From Mobula hypostoma (taxonomy: Eukaryota), in NCBI RefSeq assembly GCF_963921235.1, contig NC_086110.1, positions 40,114,001 through 40,178,000 of the forward strand: 64,000 nt of DNA, read 5' to 3'. Position 1 is the first letter of the stretch. Each line of letters begins with the position of its first letter. The position numbers and the translations under genes were made by a program. Of the stretch, positions 1 through 12,029 are shown piece by piece. A model generated the notes under the pieces. The model had not been told where the DNA came from. It did not search any database and saw nothing but the letters and a program-made list of their open reading frames with translations.

Positions 1-90
1 GCAAAGCTTTTAACAAGATACCACATGCTAGGCTGGTCTGAAAGGAGAGTTCCCATGGAATCTCGAGAGAGCTAGTTAGGTAGATTCAAA
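1..90 (+). mobile_element. CR1 LINE RT fragment (degenerate), likely the upstream part of the CR1 at 1018-1968
   Basis: Translates roughly KAFNKIPHARLV*K...HGI, a decayed version of the CR1 RT motif KAFDKVPHGRL. Confidence 0.65.
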
Positions 91-1017
91 CCCATTTTCC
101 AGCCTTTTCCCCACTACCTTTGACACCTTAGCTAATTAAGTACCTGTCAACCTCCGCTTTAAATATTCCTAATGAGGTTGGCCTCCAATGCTGTCTGTGG
201 CAATGAATTCCACAAATTCAGCACCGTTTGGCTGAAGAAATTCCTCATCATCTCGGCCCAAAACGTTGACCGTTCGTTTCCACAAATGCTGCCTGACCTG
301 CTGAGTTCCTCCAGCGTTTTGTGGGTGTTGCTTTGACCCCAGCATCTGCAGAATATTTTGTGTCCTCATCATCTCTGTTCTAAAGGGACGTCCTTCTACT
401 CTGAGGCAGTGCCCTCTGGTCCTAGACTCCACCAATATTAGAGATATCTTCTCCACTTCCATGATATCTAGGCCATTCAAATTCAGTAGGTTTCCTCTCA
501 TTCTTTTAAAATCAAGGAAGTATAGGCCCAGAACCATCAAACACACCCTATATATTAACCCTTGAAGTTCCGGGATCATTCTCATAAGTCTCCTCTGGAC
601 CCTCTCCCAACATCAGCAGATCCTTTCTTATGTAGATATGGGCCCCAGATCTGCTCACAATAATCCTAATGTGTTCTCCCAAATGCCTAATAAAGCCTCA
701 ATATCCTTGCTTCTATATTCCAGTCCTCACAAGACATTGCATTTGCCTTCCTTATCACCAATTCAACCTGTTATTTAACCTTTAAGGAATCACGCATTAG
801 GACTTTTGCAATTCCGGTTTCTGAATTCGCTCTCATTTAGAAAATAGACTGCACTTCTATTCCTTCTATAAAAGTGCATGACCATGCACTTCACCGTGCT
901 ATATTCCATCTGCCACTGCCTTGCCCATTCTCCTAATCCATCCAATTCTTTCTGCAATCTCCCTGCTTCCTTACCTGCTTCTTTACCTTTCTTTGTATCA
1001 TCCGCAAACTTGCCCAT
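91..1017 (-). mobile_element. CR1 LINE 3' fragment, 5'-truncated and interrupted by a short Penelope-derived insertion
   Basis: Minus-strand ORF pieces contain KFADDTK, WARQWQMEY and TRGHCLRVEGRPFRTEM, typical of the CR1 RT C-terminal region. Confidence 0.85.
255..362 (+). mobile_element. Short Penelope-derived element (3' half of the hammerhead-bearing terminal repeat)
   Basis: ggcccaaaacgttgac...gctgcctgacctgctgagttcctccagc...cagcatctgcag matches the terminal segment of the Penelope copies at 13740-13835 and 48275-48410. Flanked by a 13-bp direct repeat tcctcatcatctc (242-254 and 363-375). Confidence 0.8.
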
Positions 1018-1968
1018 TATTTATAAAGTGATTTGGATGCCAATGCACAAGATTTGCTCAGTATGTTTGTGGATGACACAAAATTTCGGATGTGTTGTTG
1101 GTAGTGAAGAAGGCTATCGTAGATTACCATGGGATGTTGTTCAGATGGGTAAATGAGCCATGGAGTAGCAAATGGATTTCAATACAGATAAGTGTGAGGT
1201 GATTCATTGTGGAAAGTCAAACCAGCATAGTACTTATACTATGAATGGCAGGGAACTGAGGATTGCAATGGATCATTAGGACTTAAGGGGTACAAGTGCA
1301 CAGTCCCATTGAAACCACTGGTAGACAGGGTGGTGGAAAAAAGCAGTTAGCATGCTGGTCTTCATCAGTCAGGGCACTGAGTACAGGAGAGGGGACATTA
1401 TGTTGTAGCTCTATAACTTGTTGGTGAGGCTGCACCTGGAGTATTGTACAGTGGTTTAGTCAACCTGTTAGAGAAAAGACATGGTTACATTCAAAAGAAT
1501 GCAGGAAAGATTAACAGGAATGTTGCCGGTACTACAAGGCTGGATTTATAGGCAGAGGTTAGTCAGTAGAATGAGGGGTGACCTTATAGAAATGCTTAAA
1601 ATTATGAGAGTTAGAGGTAAGGTGGTCGGTGACAATCTTTTTCCTAGGGTAGGGAAATGCACAATGAAGGGGCATAGATTTAGGATGAGAGTGGACTGAT
1701 TTGAAAGGTTCTTGAGAGGCAACTTCTTCATGCAATGGGTGTGAGTGCATGGAACAAGCTGCCAGAAGGAGTGGCTGAGGCAGGTGCAACAGTATCTTTT
1801 CAGAAGCGCTTGGAAAGGTGCATGGAGTGGTGAGGCTTAGAGGCATATGGGCCAAATGCACAAAATTGGCACCAGCTGAGTGGGCACCATGGTTAGCATG
1901 ACTCGTTGGGCTGAAGGGCCTGTAGACATGCTGTTTTGCTCTATGGCTCTATGACTCTATAGCTCTAA
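1018..1968 (+). mobile_element. CR1 LINE 3' part (degenerate)
   Basis: Decayed RT/C-terminal motifs (F.DDTK, RLHLEYC, RMRGDLIEM, KGHRF) and a 3' tail of short repeats (ctctatg/ctctata). Confidence 0.85.
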
Positions 1969-2244
1969 CTTGGACATTCCAACAGAACACCTATCCATAC
2001 TAGTTCCTTTTGTCCACTTTAGGCCATATCCCTCTACAACCTTCTTATCCAAATACAGCGCACCTCCTCATTAGAACAGCGTAAGTAATGGAAATCTCCT
2101 TTCAGAAGTCAGAAGTTTTTACCAAATGTTTGAGATACAAAATCAAATATTCTTCTTATGGAATTCATGCGAGGGGGAAGATAATGCACAGAAAATATGA
2201 AAGAAACAGCAAGCTTTGTCAAGAATTGACATTACTGGAAAATC

Positions 2245-2600
2245 AGGTTCAGGAACAGTTATTAACCCTCAACCATCAGGCTAATGAACCATTCATTCAG
2301 CTTCATTCGTCCCTTTAACGAACTGTTCCCACAACCTATGGACTCACTTTCATGGACTCTTCATCTCATGTTCTCGATATTCATTGCTTATTTATTTATT
2401 ATTACTACTTTTTTTTTCCCTTTGTATTTGCACAGTTTGTAGTCTTTTGCACACTGGTTGTTTGCCCGTCCCGTTGAGTGTGGTCTTTCAATGATTCTAT
2501 TATGACTCTCGGATTTAATGAGTATGTCTGCAAGAAAATGAATCGCAGGGTTGTGTATGGTGACACAAATGCAGATTGATGATAAATTTACTTTGAAATT
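2245..2600 (+). mobile_element. Rex1/Babar-type LINE 3' end
   Basis: caggttcaggaacagttatt...ggactcactttc...gataaatttactttgaa matches the 3' UTRs at 12030-12478, 14300-14577/21102-21216 and 35752-36010. Confidence 0.7.
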
Positions 2601-3524
2601 TGTAATAACAATACAGTTTTCCAGAAATGCAACCCACCCATAACATGGGACTGTATTGTACCTGTCCAAACACCTTTTAAATGCTGTAATCGTATCTGCA
2701 GCTAGTGCCGGGCTGTATTCAAATAGCAGGCCGAACAGAGCACAATTTACAAAGTTTCCTACAAAAGAACCACAAAAATACCCTTCAGATAAAGGTTTAA
2801 CCAGTAAAATCTGTTTTGGAAATAGACAAAGAAAAGAGTAAAGTTACCCTTGTAATGGTTTATGTGTTGCATTGTTTTTTTTAAAATCATATGGCAGTGA
2901 CAAAATATCTTAAGGGAAAAATAATTGATTCCAGAGCCGCACACCCATGTATTCAACCAGACTGCCAAGCTTCAACAAATGATAGTAACCATTGATATAC
3001 ATCAGGTCCCATCCATCATGAAAGATCAGTGGTTAGGAAACTGGATAGCTCTGAAAAACATGTGCTGGAATTGCGCAGCATGATTAACATGTGCCAGTTT
3101 GACCTGGTGCAGGCCACACATAATATTCAGCCTCCCACCTCATTATCGTGGTTGTAACATGCAGCCGATCCTGTCATTTATCACATCAGCATGTAATTGT
3201 GGGGTACAATTTCCAGAGTGGCTGGCTCCAGTGGAAGCTAGCCAGCCCTGTTTCCATCTCCTCGGGGGATGGGCTCTTTGCTTACAATTACTTCTGGAAG
3301 CTTTATGTTGCAAACTTTGGGAAAGTTCGAAAGCCAGTTGAGAGCAAGGCAGGTAACAAGCCCGTGATTATTCAGATGAGCTTCTGGATGCCTTTCTGGA
3401 CACTGTGAAATGAAAAAGATCATCTATGCCCAGGGGCCTAAGAAGCCTTCTGAATCCATCATCACAGCATGTGGGAAGATCCTATCGACATGATCAAAGC
3501 TGAAATGACTCTCATAATTTATTT

Positions 3525-3930
3525 ACTTCTAACAGGTCTCCCTTCATCCTCAAGTACTCCAGAAAAAGAAACATTCAACCTCTCCTTAGAGCTAATATTC
3601 TCTAATCAAATCCGATGAACCTCTTCTATCTGATTTCAGAAGCTTCTGCAACCTACCTGTAGTGCAGCAATCAGAACTGCACACAATACTCTAAATGTGG
3701 TCTAACCAATATTTTATTTAACTAATAGACTCAAAATCCAGACCGAGAAGGTAAGTATGCTATATGTCTTCTTTCCTGCCAATCTCCTTGTGTTCCCACT
3801 TTCAGGGAGCTATGAACTTACACTCCAAGATCCCTTAGTACTCGATCACTCCCAAATGTTGTACCATTTAGTGTACACTTTCGTCTTACAGTTGACTTTC
3901 CAGAGTGAAAAATTAAACCTCTCACACCTG
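3525..3930 (-). mobile_element. Old CR1 fragment
   Basis: cagaactgcacacaatactctaaatgtggtctaacc is the reverse complement of the VRPHLEYCVQF coding region. Confidence 0.65.
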
Positions 3931-4186
3931 CTTTATTTTATCTCTTTCTCTCTCTCTCTCTCCCCCTTTCTCTTTCTCTCTACCATGAAGGATCTTTTTC
4001 AAAGCTTAGTAAATCTATGTATACTTCATCCACTACGCTACCCTCATCAAACACCTCCACCACTGCTCAAAAAAATTGAATCAAATTTGTAAGACAACAC
4101 CAATCACACCTCCCCCATACAAAGACTATTCATATGAAGGCTATGCTTTTCCAGCTGAGTTCTTCCAGCAGTTCATTTTTTTTTAT

Positions 4187-4457
4187 TTAGAGATACACCA
4201 TGGTAACAGACCCTTCTGACCCAACGAGCCCACACTGCCAAATTACACCCATGTGACCAATTAACCTTCTAACCAGTGGAATGTAGGAGGGAACTGGAGA
4301 ACTCGAGAAAAACCCACGTGGTCACGGAGAGAACGTAAAAACTCCTTATGGACAGTGGTGAAATCAAACCTGGGCCACGTAAAAACTCCTTACGGACAGC
4401 GGTGAAATCAAACCCGGGCGACTGGCACTGTAATAGCATTACACTACTGTGCTACTC
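4187..4457 (-). mobile_element. HE1/V-SINE-type tRNA-derived SINE with an internal 44-bp duplication
   Basis: Minus strand has the V-SINE-like core ggagtttt.acgttctctccgtgaccacgtgggttt, a B-box-like gggtttgatttc and a CR1-like 3' tail. Confidence 0.75.
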
Positions 4458-6894
4458 CAAATTCCAAATTCCAGCATCTACAATCAACTGTGTATCCCAG
4501 AGTCTGTTGAGCTTTTCCTGAAAAACCAGAAGAATCCATTTCTCAAATTACAGTATGTACTAAATCACCAACCTGTAACTATTTGATCAACGGAGTTGTG
4601 TGCAAATATGTTTCTTTCAACAAGAAAATTCACCCTCTAATGGTTTTTCCCTTCTCAAGTTTCACTTTGCATTTCTTGCTGTTATCATGTGTTGCTGTCG
4701 TTGCCAGTTTAGATGTAGGACAAACAGAAAAGGCAGCAACTTTAAGTACCGTATTAATTGAACACCGTAATTAAGGTGATTTCTTATAGGAGACCATATT
4801 TAGTACCGAACTACTTTCTTGGAACTATCTTAACAGGTGAAGTGCTCCATAAAAACATTGTAGAACTCCTACAAAACGACAGTCTGCAACTGGAGAAGGA
4901 CCTCTGCTTTACCAGTGGGCTAAAATCACTGCATCTCTTAACCATTATTGCCACGGGATCCTTTCAGTGCTGTAGGGTTATTATCCTGAGATGACTTCTA
5001 CACTGACTCAATATTCAATCCTTTATAGTTCAGTAACTTGCAACAGAGGATAGCTTCCCTCACATTCAGTTCATTATTAACTTTATGGATTTTGCCTTTG
5101 GGGTACAAAGATACCAACCAGCAACATTCACAAATTGTGTAAAACATCAGGATCCTTATGAGTTTGATAGTGCTGGATTAGCAGATTTTCCAGCCAAATA
5201 CATTTCCTTCATATTAATACTCCTACACACTCTTTTTAAGATGATATACAGTAGAATGACAAGGTGAAATCGGTAAGTTTTATGGAAGCTGGGAAATAGA
5301 ACAAGGTGAGTTTAATGAGAGCACAGGGACAGAATCCCAGGTGAATGAGGAAAGAGCACAGGAATAGGGCCTGTGTAAATGGGAAGAGAACTCAGGAAAT
5401 GGAACCCCATTGAGTTAGAAGGGATTGTGAGAAGCAGAGACTGCTGAGTGGGAAGAGAGTACAGCAAACAATATCTACTAAGTCAGCTGCTGAACCATCA
5501 GGATTTCTGAATCAACAGATAGTAGATTATTTAGGGTTACAAATCCAATAATATAAGAGTTGTCTCAAAGCAATGAACAGGATCTTGCAGCTTACCAGGA
5601 AGTTTTCATAATGCATTTACTTCATGACATTAAATCTCCAGTCAATGTTTGGTTCTTTCACCGATCTGATGGGATGAATCCTGGGGAAAGAGAAATATTC
5701 CTGACTATTACGGCCCTTGACTCCTCCACTCAACCTTATTGAACTTGAGGAGAAAGGTTACTACCAAAGCTAAGAGAGCACTTGAACTATTACTCAGCAC
5801 ATTAGCTCATTGGTAAGTGGTTCAGTGATCTAGGCAGATTGGGCAGATTCACCCAAATGAATGTCAAAATAGTCTCTTACATTTAATTATGAGCTAAATT
5901 GTTTTAACACACACCTTACACACTGGCCTGCATATGAAGACAATGATCAACAACGATACTCATCTAATAAAAACGAAGATGAAGATAGACAGGGAGAGCC
6001 ACCCCAATGTTGTGTAGCAAGAGAAATGTCACTTGCTAGGCATTTCAATGATCTGTTCATTCCACTGCCCTGAAGAATTACATCTAACTCCTCCACATTA
6101 ACAGTCATTATTATTATCTATCATTACCTTAATTAGTTATCAAAGGATCTGATCATATGCTAAAGCAATAGCTTTCTGTCCTGCTACAAAGCTACATAAT
6201 AGACAATAGAAACTAACCTAATAAAGGTGGGGCATTTAAACACCAACCCAACATTTTTGTACCTTTTATGAACGGGGTTTACAGTGCTGCACTTTGGGTG
6301 AGATGGGAATCAGTCTTAATTATGGTGACCCATACAGCAAGCCAGCATTCAGTCCTGACTGACATGTGGAAAATGGACAATTGCCAAGCTATTGCAGACT
6401 GTTAATGAGCTCGAAAGAGTTCTTTGGCAAGAGCAAAAAGAGCAAGGGAAAAACTTGAGGAAAGGCATTGGATAAAATCTATTTGAAACACTGAAAACTA
6501 TTCATAAAAGTCACGCACTGTTTCCACAATCTAATGCCATTCTATATTTACATGATCATTATTATCGGTAAATTCATAACATAATTTTCAGCAATCACAT
6601 GGCAATTACACTTTTCTGTAACAGACTTGGAAAGGGAAATTGGATCACACTGGATTTAGAACAGATCATACCAGTTTGAGCCAGTAGAGGTCATAGGGGA
6701 AATTTGAGCTTAAACTCTGCCAGAATTTTCACGTCTGGTTAACGGTAATTGCATGTTGATGGCCTTGGCTCTGATAGGTTAGAGCAAGCTGGCAACAGCC
6801 AAATACTTAAAGGGATCTATCTTCAGGCTTCAAGTGGTGCTGGAGGTCTGTTCACAGATGAGGGAAATCTCCAGCAGAGACGGACCATAGAAGT

Positions 6895-7100
6895 GAGCAC
6901 CTTGATTCTCCAGTGCCAGTCTGGTCAATGAGGTAGGGAGGAGGAGCGATGGCATTTACCTGAATAGGATAGATGCTGTCAGGGCATACTAATGAATGAC
7001 TGTGGAAAGAAGTCGTATTGGGAGTAAACACCAGGTGTCAAGCCCAAAGATCCAGCTCAACTACTGGAAGAATATCCTCGCATGCATGACCTAGGTCAGT
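6895..7100 (+). pseudogene. Decayed Myb/SANT-like (Harbinger accessory protein-like) coding relic
   Basis: Across frameshifts it reads AP*FSSASLVNEVGRRSDGIY...LWKEVVLGVNTRCQAQRS...YWKN, which fits the Myb_DNA-bind_5 pattern (F-S..L..V..R; W..V...VN; R...Q..KK). Confidence 0.45.
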
Positions 7101-7489
7101 GAATATACCATCATCTTTCAAATCCAGCCATCAGCCTCATTTCATTGCTTCATTCTGTTTCACACAACCATAAAATTCAACTTTCAAATATGATTTCAAG
7201 TAAATTGCATGCTTACAATAATCACTCCTGTATCCAACAGATTGCATTCACTGCAAGCTCAAAAACAAGAGAAAATCTGCAGATGCTGGAAATGCAAGCA
7301 ACGCTGTAAGCTATTTACCCGCGGCAGGAACACAGGCTTCTCCATCTTATAGAACAAGATGTCAATTGCCAGTAACAGTGTCCGATTGACAGGCATCAAT
7401 TCAATACCCTAGAGGAAAATCTTCTCACTATTACAATGCACATCAAATTTCCTGAAATGTGTTGCTTCCTCAGAAATCTTAGGTTATTA

Positions 7490-9148
7490 TGATAGATTCC
7501 TTGAAGTTAAAAACAATTATAATTTCAGGATACTTGTATCACATAGGAATTTGGAGAAACAAGAAAATAACATTTATTGACTATAATGTGTTTTATTGCA
7601 TAATGGAGCTGACACTTCACAATAGTTCAGCTAAGCTAAAAATGTTTTGTTGTTGGTTTTCATTTGTACTCAATGTCTGAGGCTTCTCGCTTAAGTGTCC
7701 AACAATAATCAGCCAGCATTGATGGATTCCCGTTGCCTCGATACCATTTGTCCATGACCGCATGTCCTGGTGAAACCTGTCACCATGCTCATCACTGACA
7801 ACGCCAAGATCTGCAGGTTTGCAGTCTAATTGGGAATGCAGAAAATGAATCTTTAGTGACATATTACACTTCATGGTTTTGTATGCTTGAAGCAAAACAA
7901 CCAGCTGCAGGTAGGTAGGTGCTCTGTAGTTGAAAACAAAAAAATTTCAACAACACCCTTGAATGCCTTCCATGCAATTTTGTTTGGTCCCATTGGACGT
8001 TCTTCAGTCTCCCTGTTAATGATGACCAGTTTGATATGTGGACCAAGAAAAATGGCTTCCTTAATCCTGGCACCAATTATTCTGGGAAATATCTGCCTCA
8101 AATATCGAAATTTTGTGCCAGATGACAGGAGATTCCATACCTTACAGTTTTGAACGCAGTAATTCTGCTTTTGCCATTGACAAATCCAAGTCTCTGACTA
8201 GGTTATATAACTGAGATTGAATTATCAGATGAGGCTCACTCAACATAAAGGTTCAAATCTGTATCAGTATCAGTATCAGCGTTGTTTTCCACTCCTGACT
8301 CATGCATCATGGCATCTTCGTCTGTCTTCTCTGGATTCCATGTCTCTGGTGGCTTTGTCATGCAGCACAGGTCTCATGGCCGAAGGAAAATCGGGGCATT
8401 CAATGGATTTCTTGTTCTTAGCAGAGAAATCAGACACACTGGTCTGCCAGATGCAACGGTCTACCACATGATCCTTCTGCTCTCATCATATCATTGGGAC
8501 AGCAAACGGCATTGACTTCCGAGTACTTCTGAGCCAAGTTCTAAGATCAGCAGAGCCTGTTGCACAACAAATGTGACAAGCCCAGGCCTTGTCTAAGTCA
8601 CCAATTTTACATCCAAAATAGAACTCGTAGGCTTTGTTAATAAGAGGAATCATGTTCTGACTTTGAGATTATAGTATATACTCACCACAAATATAACAGA
8701 AAGTGCCGCGGCTGTTGCAACATTGGTGAGAGATTTTGCTATCACACATACTCCTAAAATTACAATTACTTTATTGTAATGAGTGCACACAATATGCCAT
8801 GTGCATAGAATATGTGCATCAAACCAATATACTGCATATGTAAATGCAATGCATAGAACAGTGTGTCCATGATGCATTTAAAGACCTTTCTAAAACTTGC
8901 CCTGCCATGCAACATCCGCCCTGCCTAAGCATGCCAAGGCATGCCTGGAAAAGACAGAAAACTTCTCAGCTTACATGTGGATAACATTTTACTTGACTTG
9001 AATTATGAATTGAACTAACAGATACAGGCAATTTTTTTTTAATGGTGCGCGATGGGGAAATTTCATGGTGATTTTCACAATCAGCAAACCTAAAATCCAT
9101 AAAATACACCCAAAATTATTCAGGAAGGAAAATCTTTGTTGTCCAGCG
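7490..9148 (-). mobile_element. Chapaev3-like (CMC superfamily) DNA transposon, internally deleted, transposase pseudogene
   Basis: Minus strand encodes FCYICGEY, KAYEFYFGCKIGDLDKAW..HICC, MPFAVPMI, ARIKEAIFLGPHIK and MSLKIHFLHSQLD...DLGVVSDEHGDRFHQD. Terminal ttgttgtccagcg at 9136-9148 resembles a CACTG-type end. Left boundary uncertain. Confidence 0.75.
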
Positions 9149-9832
9149 TTGTTAGAGCTTCCTTTGCAGAAAGTTTTGCCTTAAATGATGTTGAGAACAT
9201 AGTAAGTGGTGGTATACTTCGGATGAATCTTTTTTCCTCACATACCACTACCCTTCTCCCTACAGCTTCTACTAATTTACAAAATGATGTTGGATTGATG
9301 TTTTTATTATTACGTATTGCAGTGTCCTCCTGCTGTAAAACTATAAATGTCATGACATATGCCAGTGATATTCAACCTGACTCTGAATCTGATTCTCCTC
9401 TCACTGCTTCCTCTATCTTTTGTGGGGTTTTTTTACCTCTAGATGTCTGAGTTATCATCTGGTCAAATAGAGCAACAGTAACACAGTGAGAGGGAAGAAG
9501 GCATTTAAGCATCCAGACTGACTTGATGCAATTAAGATGTTGGCTTAGAAGAAGGAACAGATGTTGTGAGATACGAGCATAAACAGCCAATGTAGAGGAA
9601 AACGTAATCCAAGTGTCTGCTCCTGGAGGATAAGGTGGAACATGAGTTCCGCACCAGAAGGCTCGGAGAAGGACTACGTTTGGGCTAACTCCAGAAGAAG
9701 GCTGACATGAGGGGCAATGGAATTTTTGTTGTATTGGCTGCCCTGTCACAAAGTTGTAGTGCAAAATGAGGAACAGGTGGGAGGCCAGCCCCCACATTCT
9801 GATCGGGAGGCCAGGCCCAGCACAGAGCTTTG

Positions 9833-11181
9833 GACCACAAGACCATAAAACAGAGGAGCAGAACTAGGCCATTCAGCCCATCGAGTCTGCTCCACAATTC
9901 CATTATGACTGATCCCAGATCCCATTCAACCCCATACACCTGCCTTCTCGTCATATTCTTTGATGCCCTGGCCAATCAAGAAACAATCAACTTCTGCCTT
10001 AAATACATGCACGAACTTGGCCTCCACCGCAGTCTGTGGCAAAGAATTCCACAGATTTATTACTATCTGGCTAAAAAAATTCCTCCTTACCTCCATTCTA
10101 AAGGGTCACCCCTCAATTTTGAAGCTGTGCCCTGTAGTTCTGGATACTCCCACCATAGGAAACATCTTCTCCACATCCACACTCTCCAGTTCTTTCAACA
10201 TTCAGTAGGTTTCAATGAGATCCCCCATGTTCTTCTAAATTCCAGTGAGTACAGGCCCAAAGCTGCCAAACGCTTCTCATATGTTAACCCCTTCATTCCC
10301 CAAACCATCCTCATGAGCCTCCTCTGGACTCTCTCCAATGACAACACATCCTTTCTGAGATTTGGGGCCTAGAACCATTGACAATGCTCTAAGTGCAGAC
10401 TGACCAGTGTCCTATAAAGGCTCAGCATTATCTCCTTGCTTTTATATTCTATTCCCCTTGAAATAAATGCCAATATTGCATTTGCCTTCTTTACCACAGA
10501 CTCAACCTGTAAATTAACCTTCTGGGTGTCTTGCACGAGGACTCCCAAGTCCCTCTGCACCTCTGATGTTTAAACCTTCTTCCCATTTAGGTAACAGTCC
10601 GCACTATTGTTCCTTTTACCAAAATGTATTATCATACAATTCCCAATACTGTATTCCATCTGCCACTGGTTTGCCTATTCTTCCAATTTGTCTAAGTTCT
10701 GCTGTAATCACATTGCTTCCTCAGCACTACCTACCCCTCTCCTCCACCTATCTTCATATCATCCACAAACTTTGCCACAAAGCCATCAATTCCATTATCC
10801 AAATCACTGATAAATAATGTCAAAAGTAGCGGTCCCAATACTGACCTCCGAGGAACACCGCTAGTCACTGGCAGCCAACAAGAACAGGCCTGCTTTTTTC
10901 CCCACTCATTGCCTCCTGCTTGTCAGCCATTCTGCTATCCATGCCAGTATCTTTCTTGTAATGCCATAGGATTTTATCTTGTTAAGCAGCTTCATGGGTG
11001 GCACCTTGTCAAATGCCTTCTGAAAATCCAAGTAAATGGCATCCACTGCCTCTCCTTTGCGCACCCTGCCTGTTACTTCCTCAAAGATCTCTAACAGATT
11101 TGTCAGGCAAGATTTCCCTTTACAGAAACCATGCTGACTTTGACTTATTTCATTATTTGTCTCCAAGTACCTTGAAACCTC
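9833..11181 (-). mobile_element. CR1 LINE, 5'-truncated (RT to 3' tail)
   Basis: SQHGFCKGKSCLTNLLE, YLDFQKAFDKVP and QRDLGVLVQDTQKVNLQV in minus-strand ORFs. Tail cttgtgg/tttatgg. Possible TSD agctttg on both sides. Confidence 0.9.
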
Positions 11182-11649
11182 AGCTTTGTCTAGACCTTTA
11201 AACCTACTCTTTCCATCATGGAGTTCCATCACAGATTGTCCAAATCGCAGTGTCCAATACAGCAGAGTAGAAGTATTCCACCCCTGAGTGTTGCAGTGTG
11301 GGTACTGACTGCTTCCCACATTGCTTTCTCACCTTTGAAGTAATGGCACTAATCTAGTGACCAGATTCAGGGGAGCAGAGAGGACTCCAAGGAGCCAAAC
11401 CAAACTGCCTTTCTCAGGATGACATCCAGGCCTCTCCAATAATGCTGTTGTTATGTCCTGCCTACCACCCTGCCAGGCCATTTATGGAAAGGTAGTGCAT
11501 TCCAAAGGCAAACCTGGCTCCACTGCATCTCAGTGTGCTTACTTCAGTACATTGATATTTGATTTCCTGACTGTTTAGTAGAAATTGGAACAAAGTCAGT
11601 CAGTTTGTCTTTGCAACTTTTATGTTCTTTTGTTAGCACATGTAGTTAA

Positions 11650-11770
11650 CCTAAGAAGTGGCAGGAAACCCACAGAGACAACATGCAAATTTTATACAGA
11701 GAAAGTGGAGGTCAGGGTTGAACCTGGGGCTGTGAGGTAGCAGTGCTACTGCTGACCCATAGTGCTATTA
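11650..11770 (-). mobile_element. HE1/V-SINE 5' fragment
   Basis: gaaacccacagagacaacatgcaaat...ggttgaacctgggg ctgtgaggtagcagtgct is the reverse complement of a tRNA-like head with a B-box. Confidence 0.55.
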
Positions 11771-12029
11771 CTGTGTTTACTGACTGCTTCCAAAACATTT
11801 TCGCTTCGGAGATTTGCCAGCTATGCATTTAAGAGCTGCTAGAAAGAACTATAATGCCTTAACCTTCACAGAAGCAGCCATGGAGAATGAAGCAAACTGC
11901 CACGCTTTCCAATTTACAGCAACTGTAAATGCCACTTCTGAAACATAAATTGTACAAAGCACAAGGGCCAAACTTATAGTGCTTTTCCTTTCATAGTTTA
12001 CCCTTCTGGCATCAACTTACCTATTCACT

